This document shows positions 39,701 through 49,437 of a DNA stretch of 64,000 nucleotides, one piece after another; position 1 is the first letter of the stretch, and every line of letters begins with the position of its first letter. Source of the stretch: Sedimentisphaeraceae bacterium JB056. Lineage in GTDB: Bacteria; Planctomycetota; Phycisphaerae; Sedimentisphaerales; Sedimentisphaeraceae. The notes beneath the pieces are model-generated. The model had not been told where the DNA came from, made no database searches, and was given only the letters and a program-made list of their open reading frames with translations. The stretch lies in the NCBI GenBank assembly GCA_044440125.1, contig JBITAJ010000021.1, positions 192,001-256,000 of the forward strand, in the 5' to 3' direction. The translations under genes were made by a program, and so were the position numbers.

Positions 39701-40385
39701 TGAGCATGTAACTGCCGTCTTCAAGAGGAACCATAAACCGATCAAAAAACAGATCATCAATTTCAAGCTCCTCACTTCTTCTCGGATAACTGTAATGCGA
39801 GTTCCTGAAATCCCACGTAACAACATACCCCTGATCCGCTATATCAGACAGTTCATAACCAAAAGAAGGTTTTTTGCCTGGAGATGAAACAAGCTCAATA
39901 TCCGCCCAATTTGCAATATCCCCGGCTTTACCATCACCTGCATCTGTTACTACCAATTCAAGCTTCTTGCCCCCCTTCACAGAAACATCCACTTTCGCAG
40001 GAGTAATATCACCTTTCATAATACCGCTATCGAAAACTTTTTCGCCATCAAGAACAACCTGAAAGACAACGGTTCCCGTAGTGTTGCCGCTTTGGACTCC
40101 AGCCAAGGCCTTAAAACTATCGTATTCCCCTGCCAGATTCATAACTATCCTGCTGGGAGCATGAGTCCCCAAACCATTAGCGTACGTCTTGTTCATTAGA
40201 GAAATCGCTCGAGGTTTGGTTTTATTAGGCGAAACAACTACTGTATTAATCCCTAATTTTCCCCATCCCTGACTTGTAGAAATGATAGGCAAGTCTATAT
40301 CCGAAATATCACCTGCAAAAACATAAACAGAAATAATAAATAGAAACATTCCTGAAAGTCTTATTATTCTATTCAACGATTCCAT
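36723..40385 (-). CDS. Secreted NPCBM / putative (alpha/alpha)6 glycosidase (paralog 2)
   Basis: Signal peptide; NPCBM; FGIMESESQ, GLMPPGTAADW, FWEHFHATGGWNKTHETGWFL. Confidence 0.65.
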   Translation of the reverse strand: MESLNRIIRLSGMFLFIISVYVFAGDISDIDLPIISTSQGWGKLGINTVVVSPNKTKPRAISLMNKTYANGLGTHAPSRIVMNLAGEYDSFKALAGVQSGNTTGTVVFQVVLDGEKVFDSGIMKGDITPAKVDVSVKGGKKLELVVTDAGDGKAGDIANWADIELVSSPGKKPSFGYELSDIADQGYVVTWDFRNSHYSYPRRSEELEIDDLFFDRFMVPLEDGSYMLTTMPTTGQGLIGLQWYSRRNLDQLYIEFKNPERIPPNAQVRVEYWIGGTQFEGQWAALPGKLVKEAKGLRYLISENCNVRKDGTFKVRWYFSQAIPSYIFTKLQALTKFPWQNETFRIEFEDVASPLKIECRNAQFVKSENSENELMLDTSKPAFVKVRYCYSGTNNSERSVISFNMPDYPFAVDIMDIFEEGCVYIKDLGVFIATSDNKLTLKEYKKQVEAKQTTLAKVRQMPDQSFERVMDAIHPSCQDSGPAMLSLACDNNKFILRRDGSLRYIQNLEAPASHRKSERGHRDEFRRDIIEIVPYFGSLEPSENPHRGWPWFTSAKYPGETRSLEGSYYPAPLITVPCDGIDYKQKSFVAPFGEPLADDDTGFYNTKPLFVSQFNINNTSGTSKEASLRLKLIEDIRTNASPVIRKVPTGYVVMKDQRLMAFVDISSLNSLSLGIDDGKIAIKGRMSAGVSEHCTVFIPAWTAQRDIYKSLSGLNTTKLLNDTKRYWDSFLACGTNIELPNSELTNLIKASIINCTITARNERDHTNIGPWVSAAHFGIMESESQSIIEGMSLMGHQKFARNALDFFIARYNNDGMLTSGYTLMGLGWHLRVLGRYYELYSDDVWLKNNEQKVSSACDWIVKQHEKTKMFTPDGKRVLEYGLMPPGTAADWPALLYRLRPQAEFYAGLNAAANALEKIADPDADSYLVKADELRDDIICSYRNTQKYCPAVPIGDGSYVPYCPTVATQFGNMKDMIGGHVAAKDVSMGAQHLVVLGVLEPDAKDGYFKANRFEDRYFMAPTVDFPVDKIDADWFDFTGFYRGQPYYPRITDVYALNDDIKPFIRSYFNNIAPIVNMELLTFWEHFHATGGWNKTHETGWFLQQTRMMLLNEKDNELWIAPFVTDNWMQDGMRIAVNDLPTKFGEVSFEIKSEVEKGYVEAVISSPERTKPKSIVLRLRHPQQKQMKFVTVNGKFCSDFDTDKEIIRIDSFGSDIIVRASF

Positions 40386-40439
40386 AATTCCCTTATTTAC
40401 ACTTCAATTAAATTTCGATATAGAAATACAACCGCTAAT

Positions 40440-43016
40440 CTATACCAATTCAGAAAGCCATGCCGCCGCAATAATAGAGACATCCATAATATCTACCTTA
40501 TCACTACTGTCAAAATCACCAATAGTAAATCCACCTTTGGTTTGACTAAGCCAATTAGAAACCATAATATTCAAATCTTCAGAATCTACCAGACCATCAG
40601 CATTTGCATCACCGGAAAGAATATCAAAAGCCTTGAGACTATTCTTAGAAAGCCAGAATACTTCGTTATCACTTAAAACGCTATGCCATACAGCCACTTC
40701 ATCAAATAAGCCGCCTGCGTAACGATCACTGCCCTGCAAATTTCCAGACGAATCAACATCTGTAACAGCTCCAAGACTCAAGACATCCGTACTATTATAT
40801 ATCTGACTGACAGTACCGACAGTCATCACTCCAAGATCACTGCTTTCAAGCTTAACACCATCAAGATAAAATTTCACTGCTCCATTATTGAATGTAAAAG
40901 CGACATGATGCCATGTGTTATCAAACGCATCAACATCGCTTTGATTCCAATACATCTTTCGGTTATTATTCGTGCCGTCAGCAGAAACCTGCACCGCGAT
41001 GACCTCTGAAGCATCACTTGAATCGACATATTCGGTTTCAAATATCATCCAGCCACGATTGCTGTTATCTGCAGTTCCGCCGTCAGCATCCTGGAAATCC
41101 CACTTCGACAATATATACTGAATACTTGAATTACTGCTGTCGCGATCTCTTTTGAGCCATAAAGAAACTGTAAGTTCATCTGTTATCTGTAAAGTTTCTG
41201 AGTTACCGAAATTCACGTAATCGCTGTCGCCATCAAGATCAACGGCCTCATTATTTTTATAATCAAAAGGTACAGAGCCGGCACCGGATGCAAAACCAGA
41301 ATCAGGAGCATCATCATCAATAGTACCGTCAATTTCTCCATACTGAGCCTGAGCACCCCCGTCAAAAAGCCATGATACAGTAGGTTCAGAAGGCTTTTGA
41401 ACTTCTAAGACAGGTTCTTCACCATAATAATAGTATTCAAGACTCTCATCAAAGGGGGTATAAGGCAAATCATAACCTGGAGTACTCTTAACACAAACCA
41501 TTGTAGCATTGAAGCCGACATGTCCATGTTCCACCGGAATAATCCGCGGAGGCTGCGGCCAATAACCATAAGGAGAAAGACTCGCATCAAGACCTAACTC
41601 GTAAAAGAAACTATGCTCAGCTCCCGGCAATATCGCCAATTTTGCATCCGTCCCGCTGTTAACCATCTGGTCTACAAATCCTTTGCTATGTGAAATAGGA
41701 ACAGAAGTATCTTGATCTCCGTGTACGATTAAAGCGCCTTCAAACTGCGCTGGATCCATTTGTATAGGATCTATATCATCAGGTGAAACACCAATCTTAA
41801 GAGCCTCAGAATAGGGAGTTGTAAATTTTGTCATATCACTTACAGGGCAATGAGCAACAACACCGACAACATCAGGTGCCCTGCTTACAACCCCTTGCTG
41901 AACCCAAGCCGCGGCTCTGTTTCTCAAGGCAAGTGCCAAATGGCCGCCTGCCGATGAACCCATAGTAATGGCTTTTGACGCATCAATACCATACACAGAA
42001 GCATTATCTACTAAATACTGCAGGGCTGTCATCAAATCCCATTTCATATTTTCCCACATTTCCGAAGAGTTCTTTGTACTCCAATCGGGATAATCAGGCA
42101 TAAGACGATAGCCTACGCAGGCAACGGAATAACCCATTTGTGCCATAAATATCGCAACCTGATATGTCCATGCCCGCTCGCCGCGAAACCATCCACCGCC
42201 ATGAACAAGAATAATCAGAGGAGCGCTTGCATCATCGGCAGGTCTGAATACGTCTAATTTTTGCCTGAAATTATCCGATGCATAGGGAATGTTAAAATAT
42301 TGTTTAACACCAGTATAAAGGTTGTAAACATCTGATATCTGCCAGCTTGTTAGAGCACGGTCATATACGGCAACTTCATCAATTATGCCATCAGTAGTTA
42401 TCTGACCGCCTGCCGCAGCAGTAAGATTGCCAACACAAAGATTGGTTCCCTGGTAAAGGCTGATACCACTTACAGACGCCTGAGACTCTGCAATACCATC
42501 TACATACAACGTAAAGACATCTGCAGAACGGGTTAACGCCAAATAATGCCATCCTCCATCATCAACAGTAGTTGTTCCAACAAGGTCAACACCACCTTCT
42601 ATAAACACTCTCGCTTTAGAACCGTTATTGTTGTCTGAGGAATAGAATATCATTCGTCCCGCCTGAGAACCGGCATATTGTCCGAAAAGCATACTCCTGG
42701 CACTGGTCTGTTCTATTTTAACCCAGCCCGACAATGTAAAATCATCACTTGCCGGCAACACCCCGCCTGTATCTATTGCAGATAAGCCACTCATATCGAA
42801 CGCATTATCAACAATCCCTTCAACACCGGAAACAATACTGCCGCTATTGACAGCAGAGCCTTCACCCCAATCACCTGATCCGACATTGGTAACTGCCGCG
42901 GTACTGGAAATATCACTTTCAAGATTATATCTGACCGATATATCGCCGTACACTGCTAAGGTGGTCAATATTATTATCAGACTCAATTTAGACAATAAAA
43001 AATCCAAAACACTCAT
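40440..43016 (-). CDS. Secreted LamG - alpha/beta-hydrolase (esterase) - LamG - dockerin protein
   Basis: Two LamG domains (WHYLAL...YVDG...IDEVAVYDRAL; WHHVAFTF...FDEVAVW); HGGGW, GSSAGG, HGDQD and AEHSF catalytic triad; duplicated dockerin GDANADGLVDSEDL..WL / GDFDSSDKVDIMDV..WL. Confidence 0.8.
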   Translation of the reverse strand: MSVLDFLLSKLSLIIILTTLAVYGDISVRYNLESDISSTAAVTNVGSGDWGEGSAVNSGSIVSGVEGIVDNAFDMSGLSAIDTGGVLPASDDFTLSGWVKIEQTSARSMLFGQYAGSQAGRMIFYSSDNNNGSKARVFIEGGVDLVGTTTVDDGGWHYLALTRSADVFTLYVDGIAESQASVSGISLYQGTNLCVGNLTAAAGGQITTDGIIDEVAVYDRALTSWQISDVYNLYTGVKQYFNIPYASDNFRQKLDVFRPADDASAPLIILVHGGGWFRGERAWTYQVAIFMAQMGYSVACVGYRLMPDYPDWSTKNSSEMWENMKWDLMTALQYLVDNASVYGIDASKAITMGSSAGGHLALALRNRAAAWVQQGVVSRAPDVVGVVAHCPVSDMTKFTTPYSEALKIGVSPDDIDPIQMDPAQFEGALIVHGDQDTSVPISHSKGFVDQMVNSGTDAKLAILPGAEHSFFYELGLDASLSPYGYWPQPPRIIPVEHGHVGFNATMVCVKSTPGYDLPYTPFDESLEYYYYGEEPVLEVQKPSEPTVSWLFDGGAQAQYGEIDGTIDDDAPDSGFASGAGSVPFDYKNNEAVDLDGDSDYVNFGNSETLQITDELTVSLWLKRDRDSSNSSIQYILSKWDFQDADGGTADNSNRGWMIFETEYVDSSDASEVIAVQVSADGTNNNRKMYWNQSDVDAFDNTWHHVAFTFNNGAVKFYLDGVKLESSDLGVMTVGTVSQIYNSTDVLSLGAVTDVDSSGNLQGSDRYAGGLFDEVAVWHSVLSDNEVFWLSKNSLKAFDILSGDANADGLVDSEDLNIMVSNWLSQTKGGFTIGDFDSSDKVDIMDVSIIAAAWLSELV

Positions 43017-43032
43017 AATTCTTCCTTATTAC

Positions 43033-43086
43033 GTTACTGTATTGTATAACAAGAGTAAGTATATTAAATAACAAACACACTGTCAA
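43033..43086 (-). promoter_or_regulatory. Promoter with tandem operator copies upstream of the 43016-26596 gene run
   Basis: Minus strand TTGACA (43086-43081)-N17-TATACT (43063-43058). Operator-like sites GTTACTGTATTGTATAACAA (43033-43052, 17/20 identical to 26477-26496) and GTAAGTATATTAAATAACAA (43055-43074). Confidence 0.7.
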
Positions 43087-43155
43087 CCGCTAATTTTACA
43101 AAAACTGAAATTACACCATCATTTATAAGCAGAAAATCCTTTGTTACGACTGATT

Positions 43156-46100
43156 CTAATAATCAGCCGTAACAACTATCTGCTGCTGCGCAGGATTGAT
43201 ACGGATTATCTGCCTCTCCGGATCAAAGTTACTATGAGAATTCCCATTAACGGTAACTGATTGCATGAGTATTTCATCGGGATGTCGAAACCGTATTACT
43301 AACGTCTCAGGAAGCTGACGCATTGCCGACAAATCAATTATGGCATGAATCTGATTACTACTAACATTAGACTGAATTTCAAAGCTGATTGGTCCAAATT
43401 CAGTTGGAGCATCCTGAACCACAACTTTCATTCCATCCTGCATCCAATGACAGGTAATAAAGGGCGCAATCCATAATTCGTCATTTTCTTTTTCCATCAA
43501 CAGCATCTGACGCGTTTGTTTGAGGAACCATCCGGTTTCATGAGTTTTATTCCATCCCCCTACGTTAGCAAAATGTTCCCAGAACGTCAGATTTTCCGTA
43601 TTAATCAAGGTCGGAATCGCATTAAAATATGCGCGAATAAAGGGTTTGATATCATCCTTATGAGCATAGAGTTCGGTAATGCGGCAATAATACGGCTGAA
43701 CTTTATAAAAGCCCCCAAGATTGAACCAGTTTGCTTTGACTTCACTTTCGGAATACGCTCCCATCCCAGCCATCAAAAACCAGACATCCTCCAAATAATT
43801 CGATATCCATTCGGCATCCCGCTGATCATCGTACCCAAACACACCCAAAGGAACAAGGTGATGCGCTCCCATACTAACATCCTTACCCCAGGAACGTCCA
43901 CCATCTTCACCAGGATACATTTCACCAATAGGTCCAAAGCAAGTAACAAAAGCCGGACTGTACGGAATCCAATGATCATTCAACAAATGAATCGCTGGAG
44001 ATCGAGCCTGTGTCCAAAGATAAGCCCGACGTATCTCATTTTTGAATTCATCCGCTTTTTGCATGAGAACGTCCGCCCCCGGATACTGTATATCATCATA
44101 TGCTTCAGCAACCGCGCACAAGCCCGCATAATACTCACCCTGTGGACGAATACGGTAAGCAAACCTATACCAATCAGCGGCAACACCAGGCGGCATAATA
44201 CCATATTCTGGCATTTTCTGTCCATACCCATCTAATTTTTTTGTTTTTTCACGTTCGGTAACAATCCAATTACAAGCCTGTTCTATGTCAGGAGCAACAC
44301 TATTGAGCCAGTTTTGATTTCGGAAAAGCAAATAGTCATTGCCCAATGTCCAAAGATGCCATCCGAGTCCCATCAGGGTATAACCGGTTGTCAGAAGACC
44401 ATCTTCATTATATTTACTGATGAAGAAATCCAGTGATCGCTGTGTAAATTCCTGATGTCCCAACATACTCATACCATGAATCACTGCCTGTGATTCACTT
44501 TCCAACGGACCATAACGATCAGCTGAACACCATGGAACGATACGCACACCTTCTTCTTCATTTCGTGCGGCAATCATGATATGAACCTGAGATGCCTTAA
44601 TGATATTCTGAAGCAGTAAGTCAGGAATCTGTATCTGCATAGACGAAGACATGATACCATTCCAGTAATTCTCAATATTGTCAAAATGGGCTTGCCGCCC
44701 ATCAAGTGCCGCGTAGTTTGAAACATTGAGATCCCATCCCGGAATATAAGCATATAAAGTTTCCGTTGTATTTGGCGGCAGTATTCCGGAGATCAACAAT
44801 TGAGCCCCCTGCTGATGAACATTCAAAGTAATGCCTTCTGTCTGAACATATGCCCAGAGCAAGTTGTCGTAGTACACTATATATCCATTGGCTACCTGAG
44901 AGAATAAAACTGACTTATCAGAAGGTGCTGCAAAATTGAGTATAAGAGAAACCGCAGAATCAGAGGAATTGGCATTCTCGATGTCGAATTTCATAACACC
45001 AACAGGATTCGGCTGCAACCAATCGATTGCCGTATTGCCTCCAAAGGAGCCATACGGCGCAACTCCCGTACGTTGATGGTAAATCACATTACTGTAATTA
45101 ACATCATTTACCACAATCGGCAGCCAGCCATCTTCGAGAACTCGATTATCAAAGGATTTTGTACCATCGCCAAACACCGGACTGATGTGGAAAGCATCAG
45201 ATATCCCATAAATGTATTTTATAGGCCAATAGGTCTGCCAAAGAGTCCCGTCCTGTCCAACAACATACTTCTCGTTATCGCATGCCAACGACAACATCGT
45301 AGGACCATTATCCTGAATACTTTGATGAACCTCGTTCATGGCCTGAGTAAAACTCTGATCTGGCATCTGGCGAACCTGCTGAAGAACATTTAATTTCCCA
45401 GAAATTTGTGTCTTATAGTCCACCGGTGAAAAATTTTCTTCAATCGTAGCATAAACTCCAAAATCCGGCATATAAACAGTTCCATTATTCACAACATCAT
45501 CAAGTGAAATCCCGAATTTATCATCAGGAAGCTCAACTCTGAGAATTGTACGGTCTGACCTCGGCGAGAATGTTGTCGCACAGTACATGATATCTAATTC
45601 CAAAGGTTGAGATAAGTCCCAGGTTTGCGTAAGGCCAAACTGACCATCCGATAATTCACTTAAACCATTATACATTTCTAACTGTGCAGTCTGTCCAGAT
45701 ATTGATTCTTCGGGGAAAAGTGTTATTACCGTCGAAGACCAATATGAACGGGTTCTCACATCAAATCGATTGACTTTCACATTCTGTGATGTTGCCGGGA
45801 AAATCCATCTAATTTTCTGTATATCACCAGCGTTTTTTCCTGCAATTGCAGAAATAGCATTTTTTGTATCAGTCGCGTTTACAATATATGACAATGTCCG
45901 CTCGTCCTGAGTGACTGAACCTGACAATGGAAGCCAATCACCTTGCCACGCAGACTCTCCAACCCACCATTCAAGGCGTATTTGGTTAAGCGACGGCATG
46001 TAGGAATCCTCAGCATATTCAATCTCCATACTTCTAATTTTTCGGTTTTCATACCATTGTAAACCAATGCAGGATTCATTATTTCCCTCAACTGGAACAG

Positions 46101-47040
46101 TATAAACTCCGTTTTCGTCAGGAACAATATCTTCTTCCGGAAAAATTTCGCTGGTTTCGAGTTCTTGAATTCGACTGGGATGAAAACCGGTCAACTGAGA
46201 ATCCCAGGTAACCACACGGGCAAAAGGTGCCACATTGATATGCAACTCAGGATTAATAGGTACAGAATATTCCGCATAGGTCAATGTCGCATTAGCCCAG
46301 TTCGAAGCATCACTGGTAATTCCATCATCAGCATCATCAACAATCAGCATGAGCTCTTCAAGACCTTCAACAGAAACATTCACAAACCGAACCGGGTCTG
46401 ACTCATAAACAATACCGCTATCATACAGCAATTGTCCATCGCCATAAACCTGGAAAATCACACTACCGGCAGTATTACCACATTGAATCCCAATTTCTGC
46501 CTGAAAAGTCGCAAATTCTCCATTCAGGTCAATGACCACCTGACTATTGGCATGTGTTCCAATTCCATTATCATAAACTTTGCCATCAATACACAGTGGA
46601 TTTGAAGGATTACTTGCGCTGTGAGTCGCCGAATCAATCTCAAATACCCCCCATGTTTGATAAGTATAATAGAAGGAAAAATCAGACGCCTGTATTGTTT
46701 TAGGAATCCAAACTGGAGAACAATTGATATTACTTGGTTCGGTACAATCAAACCACTGTTGGGCTAAAATGGCAAAATCAGCAAGATCAACATAGCAACT
46801 ACGATCCATATCAGCCGGATGATATCCCCAGGAACCGCAACTGCCGTAATTAGTAAGGACTGAAATTTGCTCATAATCTATACTACTCTCCAAAGAACTG
46901 CTTATCCCGCTATGTATTATTTCCTCCTGAAACCCATCATTTGTTGCCGCATCAGTTCGTCCATTATAGCAAATCACGGGGGAAAACAGCACTAAAACAT
47001 ATAATGCAATCACCAAGTATCTTAAAAATCCAACCATCAT
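43156..47040 (-). CDS. Secreted dockerin-like / NPCBM / putative (alpha/alpha)6 glycosidase (paralog 3)
   Basis: Probable ATG at 47040. N-terminal CGSWGYHPADMDRSCYVDLADFAILAQQWFDCTEP, then NPCBM, YGPLESESQ, GIMPPGVAADW, FWEHFANVGGWNKTHETGWFL. Confidence 0.65.
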   Translation of the reverse strand: MMVGFLRYLVIALYVLVLFSPVICYNGRTDAATNDGFQEEIIHSGISSSLESSIDYEQISVLTNYGSCGSWGYHPADMDRSCYVDLADFAILAQQWFDCTEPSNINCSPVWIPKTIQASDFSFYYTYQTWGVFEIDSATHSASNPSNPLCIDGKVYDNGIGTHANSQVVIDLNGEFATFQAEIGIQCGNTAGSVIFQVYGDGQLLYDSGIVYESDPVRFVNVSVEGLEELMLIVDDADDGITSDASNWANATLTYAEYSVPINPELHINVAPFARVVTWDSQLTGFHPSRIQELETSEIFPEEDIVPDENGVYTVPVEGNNESCIGLQWYENRKIRSMEIEYAEDSYMPSLNQIRLEWWVGESAWQGDWLPLSGSVTQDERTLSYIVNATDTKNAISAIAGKNAGDIQKIRWIFPATSQNVKVNRFDVRTRSYWSSTVITLFPEESISGQTAQLEMYNGLSELSDGQFGLTQTWDLSQPLELDIMYCATTFSPRSDRTILRVELPDDKFGISLDDVVNNGTVYMPDFGVYATIEENFSPVDYKTQISGKLNVLQQVRQMPDQSFTQAMNEVHQSIQDNGPTMLSLACDNEKYVVGQDGTLWQTYWPIKYIYGISDAFHISPVFGDGTKSFDNRVLEDGWLPIVVNDVNYSNVIYHQRTGVAPYGSFGGNTAIDWLQPNPVGVMKFDIENANSSDSAVSLILNFAAPSDKSVLFSQVANGYIVYYDNLLWAYVQTEGITLNVHQQGAQLLISGILPPNTTETLYAYIPGWDLNVSNYAALDGRQAHFDNIENYWNGIMSSSMQIQIPDLLLQNIIKASQVHIMIAARNEEEGVRIVPWCSADRYGPLESESQAVIHGMSMLGHQEFTQRSLDFFISKYNEDGLLTTGYTLMGLGWHLWTLGNDYLLFRNQNWLNSVAPDIEQACNWIVTEREKTKKLDGYGQKMPEYGIMPPGVAADWYRFAYRIRPQGEYYAGLCAVAEAYDDIQYPGADVLMQKADEFKNEIRRAYLWTQARSPAIHLLNDHWIPYSPAFVTCFGPIGEMYPGEDGGRSWGKDVSMGAHHLVPLGVFGYDDQRDAEWISNYLEDVWFLMAGMGAYSESEVKANWFNLGGFYKVQPYYCRITELYAHKDDIKPFIRAYFNAIPTLINTENLTFWEHFANVGGWNKTHETGWFLKQTRQMLLMEKENDELWIAPFITCHWMQDGMKVVVQDAPTEFGPISFEIQSNVSSNQIHAIIDLSAMRQLPETLVIRFRHPDEILMQSVTVNGNSHSNFDPERQIIRINPAQQQIVVTADY

Positions 47041-47092
47041 ACAGACCTTTATCAATTAAAATCATCCATCAAAATCTTATCCATCATACCTA

Positions 47093-49399
47093 TCAGTCCA
47101 ACCATTCTTTTGCCAAAACTTCGAAGTCAAATAAGTTTACCTCACAATTCCGGTTAATATCGGCACGGCCATACCCATAATCACCACAAACCGGCATACG
47201 GTTTTGCAGACGGATAAACTCAATCTCTATGTGTCCACTTGCAGCAGAGCTTGGATCAAGACGCAGCCACCTTATCGTACAATTCCAGTAGGAATGCGAT
47301 CCCATATCCAGCCAGTAATCTCTGAAACCTGAATCATTTGCAGCAACAGCAAAATTTTTATGTTTATTTTCATTCAGCATAATGTCTGTTGTCGTAGTCC
47401 AATAAACCTGTGCCGAAGAACTTTCAGACTGATTCTTCATGCGTATATGAACATACCGGTAGACAGCCGCAGGGACATTAAACGATTGCAGATTTATCAT
47501 ATACGAATCAAGACCGGTAATATCACAACTCAATATACCGTCAGAAACAACACCGTTATCAAGATTATTCGTAAGTGTCCAGTTTTGAAATTCATCATCT
47601 GTACTAAAATAAGTAGATGGCGTACTTCCGGCATAACGATAGTTGAAGCGTCTGTTTGGAGCACTGTCTCCATTAACAGCAAATTCCGCTATATCACCCT
47701 CATTCTGAATATTGTCAACCCAGTGAAAATCAAACTCAATATCTCTTCTGCCATCCTGATTGATTAAATTTCTGGCAATAGTAATTTCTATTTCATTTCC
47801 TGAATATGAATACGAAACCAATCCAACAGATTCAAGAAGCCAATCACTACCTGTAAATCTCTCCAATGATGCCAATGTATCTCTTCGATTACGGTTTACT
47901 ACATAATCATACCCTTCCCAACCGGTAGATGAATCCTGATCGGAATTAATGAAAAGAAGCATCCAATTACTGCCTGTATTGCTTGTTAATCCCTCTGCTG
48001 TTTTGGCGTAGAAATACACATTGTAAGCATCAAATGCAACCTTGCTTTCAATTATATCATTTCGTCCGGTCGTATTTACATAAGGGGTTGATCCATAACC
48101 AAGATGATTTCTGTGAATCGTATCACCATAAGTATCATAATATACAGATTCGACAGATTCCCATTCTGAAAAGTTCCCATCTATTGTCATATTCACAGCC
48201 TGATCATTATTTACTAACTGCGAAACCCCTTTATATTTTCGTATATTGGAAACCATCTGATAGTAGTAATTATCAGAATGTCCGCCTTTCATCGGTTCAA
48301 CATCTCTGCTGTATTCCTGATTGTATTGATCGATGAACATTGCATCGGCATAATAACTATCCTCTGCTGCGGTATATGTAACCCATTCAAGAAGCCTCAT
48401 TGAAGTCCATTCATTCCAGCCGGTAATAAATATGAACTCAGGATCAAGATATAACGCACGTTCCCACTGCTCCGCAAAGTTGTAGCCGTAATTCACCGCA
48501 CCTTCATGTGTCTCTTTATAACCGTTATGCCAACTACGCCCCATCGCACCATTCTTATCAGACATAAACGTACCCACTGCCCCATATTCATTGTCCGCTA
48601 AAATGGCATTTTGAGCAACACCAACAGTAACCTGCTCAATTACTCCCTGATAATCGTAAAATCCATGCTGCTCAAAGATCTCAAGCCATCCCCATTGATC
48701 ATAACTGCTTGGACCTGTAAAGTAAGATGCTATAGGCTTGCGAAATGTGAAAAAGTCGTAAATATCAGAATCTTCTGTAAAATATGCTTTATTAGCCATA
48801 ATTAAAGGTTTTCCATCCCACTGAAACCATAAATCCGGATATAATTGCGGTTCATACAATTCCTCATACAGCGTATTCACAACAGTTGTCGGGCTGCTGA
48901 AAGGTGCCATGAAAGCTATCTGCGGCGTATTTTCACCATTACTTCTCATAGCCATAAACTCTTCACATAATACTGTATAGTTGTCCTTCCATGTATAAGG
49001 ACTGTTGGTTGTATCAAATATTATCACATCAACGCCAGCATCAGCTAACATTGAAGCATGTTTCCGCAATACAAAGGTATCAGATGAATCATAATACCCA
49101 AGCTCCGGCTCTGCCCAATGATGCACATGCGGAGCCGGTCCCCATTGCGGGTTTACCGGATCAGCCGCCAATATTTTACTTACATCATATGGACCACCAT
49201 AACGGCTGTAATGCCAAATCCAATAGAAAACACCCACTGTTTTATCTTCCCTCAGCGGTCCACACTCATCATAACCGGGCAACTCCCTGCCAACAGCATC
49301 TGTCGCTACCCAGGTATCACTATACAAATCACGAGCATTAGATTCCAATGCAAATAAACTACATACGACCAATAAGAAAAGATTAAGACACTTCATCAT
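47093..49399 (-). CDS. Secreted GH71/GH99-like glycoside hydrolase with C-terminal beta-modules and dockerin-like tag
   Basis: Signal peptide; TWVATDA.GRELP, VGVFYW.WH, W.EPELGYY...D..VLRKHA.ML.DAGVD, ITGWNEW, EYSRD.EP; terminal ADINRNCEVNLFDFEVLAKEWL. Confidence 0.6.
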   Translation of the reverse strand: MMKCLNLFLLVVCSLFALESNARDLYSDTWVATDAVGRELPGYDECGPLREDKTVGVFYWIWHYSRYGGPYDVSKILAADPVNPQWGPAPHVHHWAEPELGYYDSSDTFVLRKHASMLADAGVDVIIFDTTNSPYTWKDNYTVLCEEFMAMRSNGENTPQIAFMAPFSSPTTVVNTLYEELYEPQLYPDLWFQWDGKPLIMANKAYFTEDSDIYDFFTFRKPIASYFTGPSSYDQWGWLEIFEQHGFYDYQGVIEQVTVGVAQNAILADNEYGAVGTFMSDKNGAMGRSWHNGYKETHEGAVNYGYNFAEQWERALYLDPEFIFITGWNEWTSMRLLEWVTYTAAEDSYYADAMFIDQYNQEYSRDVEPMKGGHSDNYYYQMVSNIRKYKGVSQLVNNDQAVNMTIDGNFSEWESVESVYYDTYGDTIHRNHLGYGSTPYVNTTGRNDIIESKVAFDAYNVYFYAKTAEGLTSNTGSNWMLLFINSDQDSSTGWEGYDYVVNRNRRDTLASLERFTGSDWLLESVGLVSYSYSGNEIEITIARNLINQDGRRDIEFDFHWVDNIQNEGDIAEFAVNGDSAPNRRFNYRYAGSTPSTYFSTDDEFQNWTLTNNLDNGVVSDGILSCDITGLDSYMINLQSFNVPAAVYRYVHIRMKNQSESSSAQVYWTTTTDIMLNENKHKNFAVAANDSGFRDYWLDMGSHSYWNCTIRWLRLDPSSAASGHIEIEFIRLQNRMPVCGDYGYGRADINRNCEVNLFDFEVLAKEWLD
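48102..48235. repeat. 134-bp near-identical direct repeat, copy 1 (copy 2 at 51161-51294)
   Basis: Manual alignment gives 130/134 identity between the two GH71/99-like paralogs. Confidence 0.9.
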
Positions 49400-49437
49400 T
49401 CAACCTATTGTATTAGAGAGTTACAATTCATTTTTTA

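Noticed and set aside
43516..44235. 239-aa + strand ORF
   Set aside because: Antisense to the conserved catalytic region of the 1299-aa paralog.
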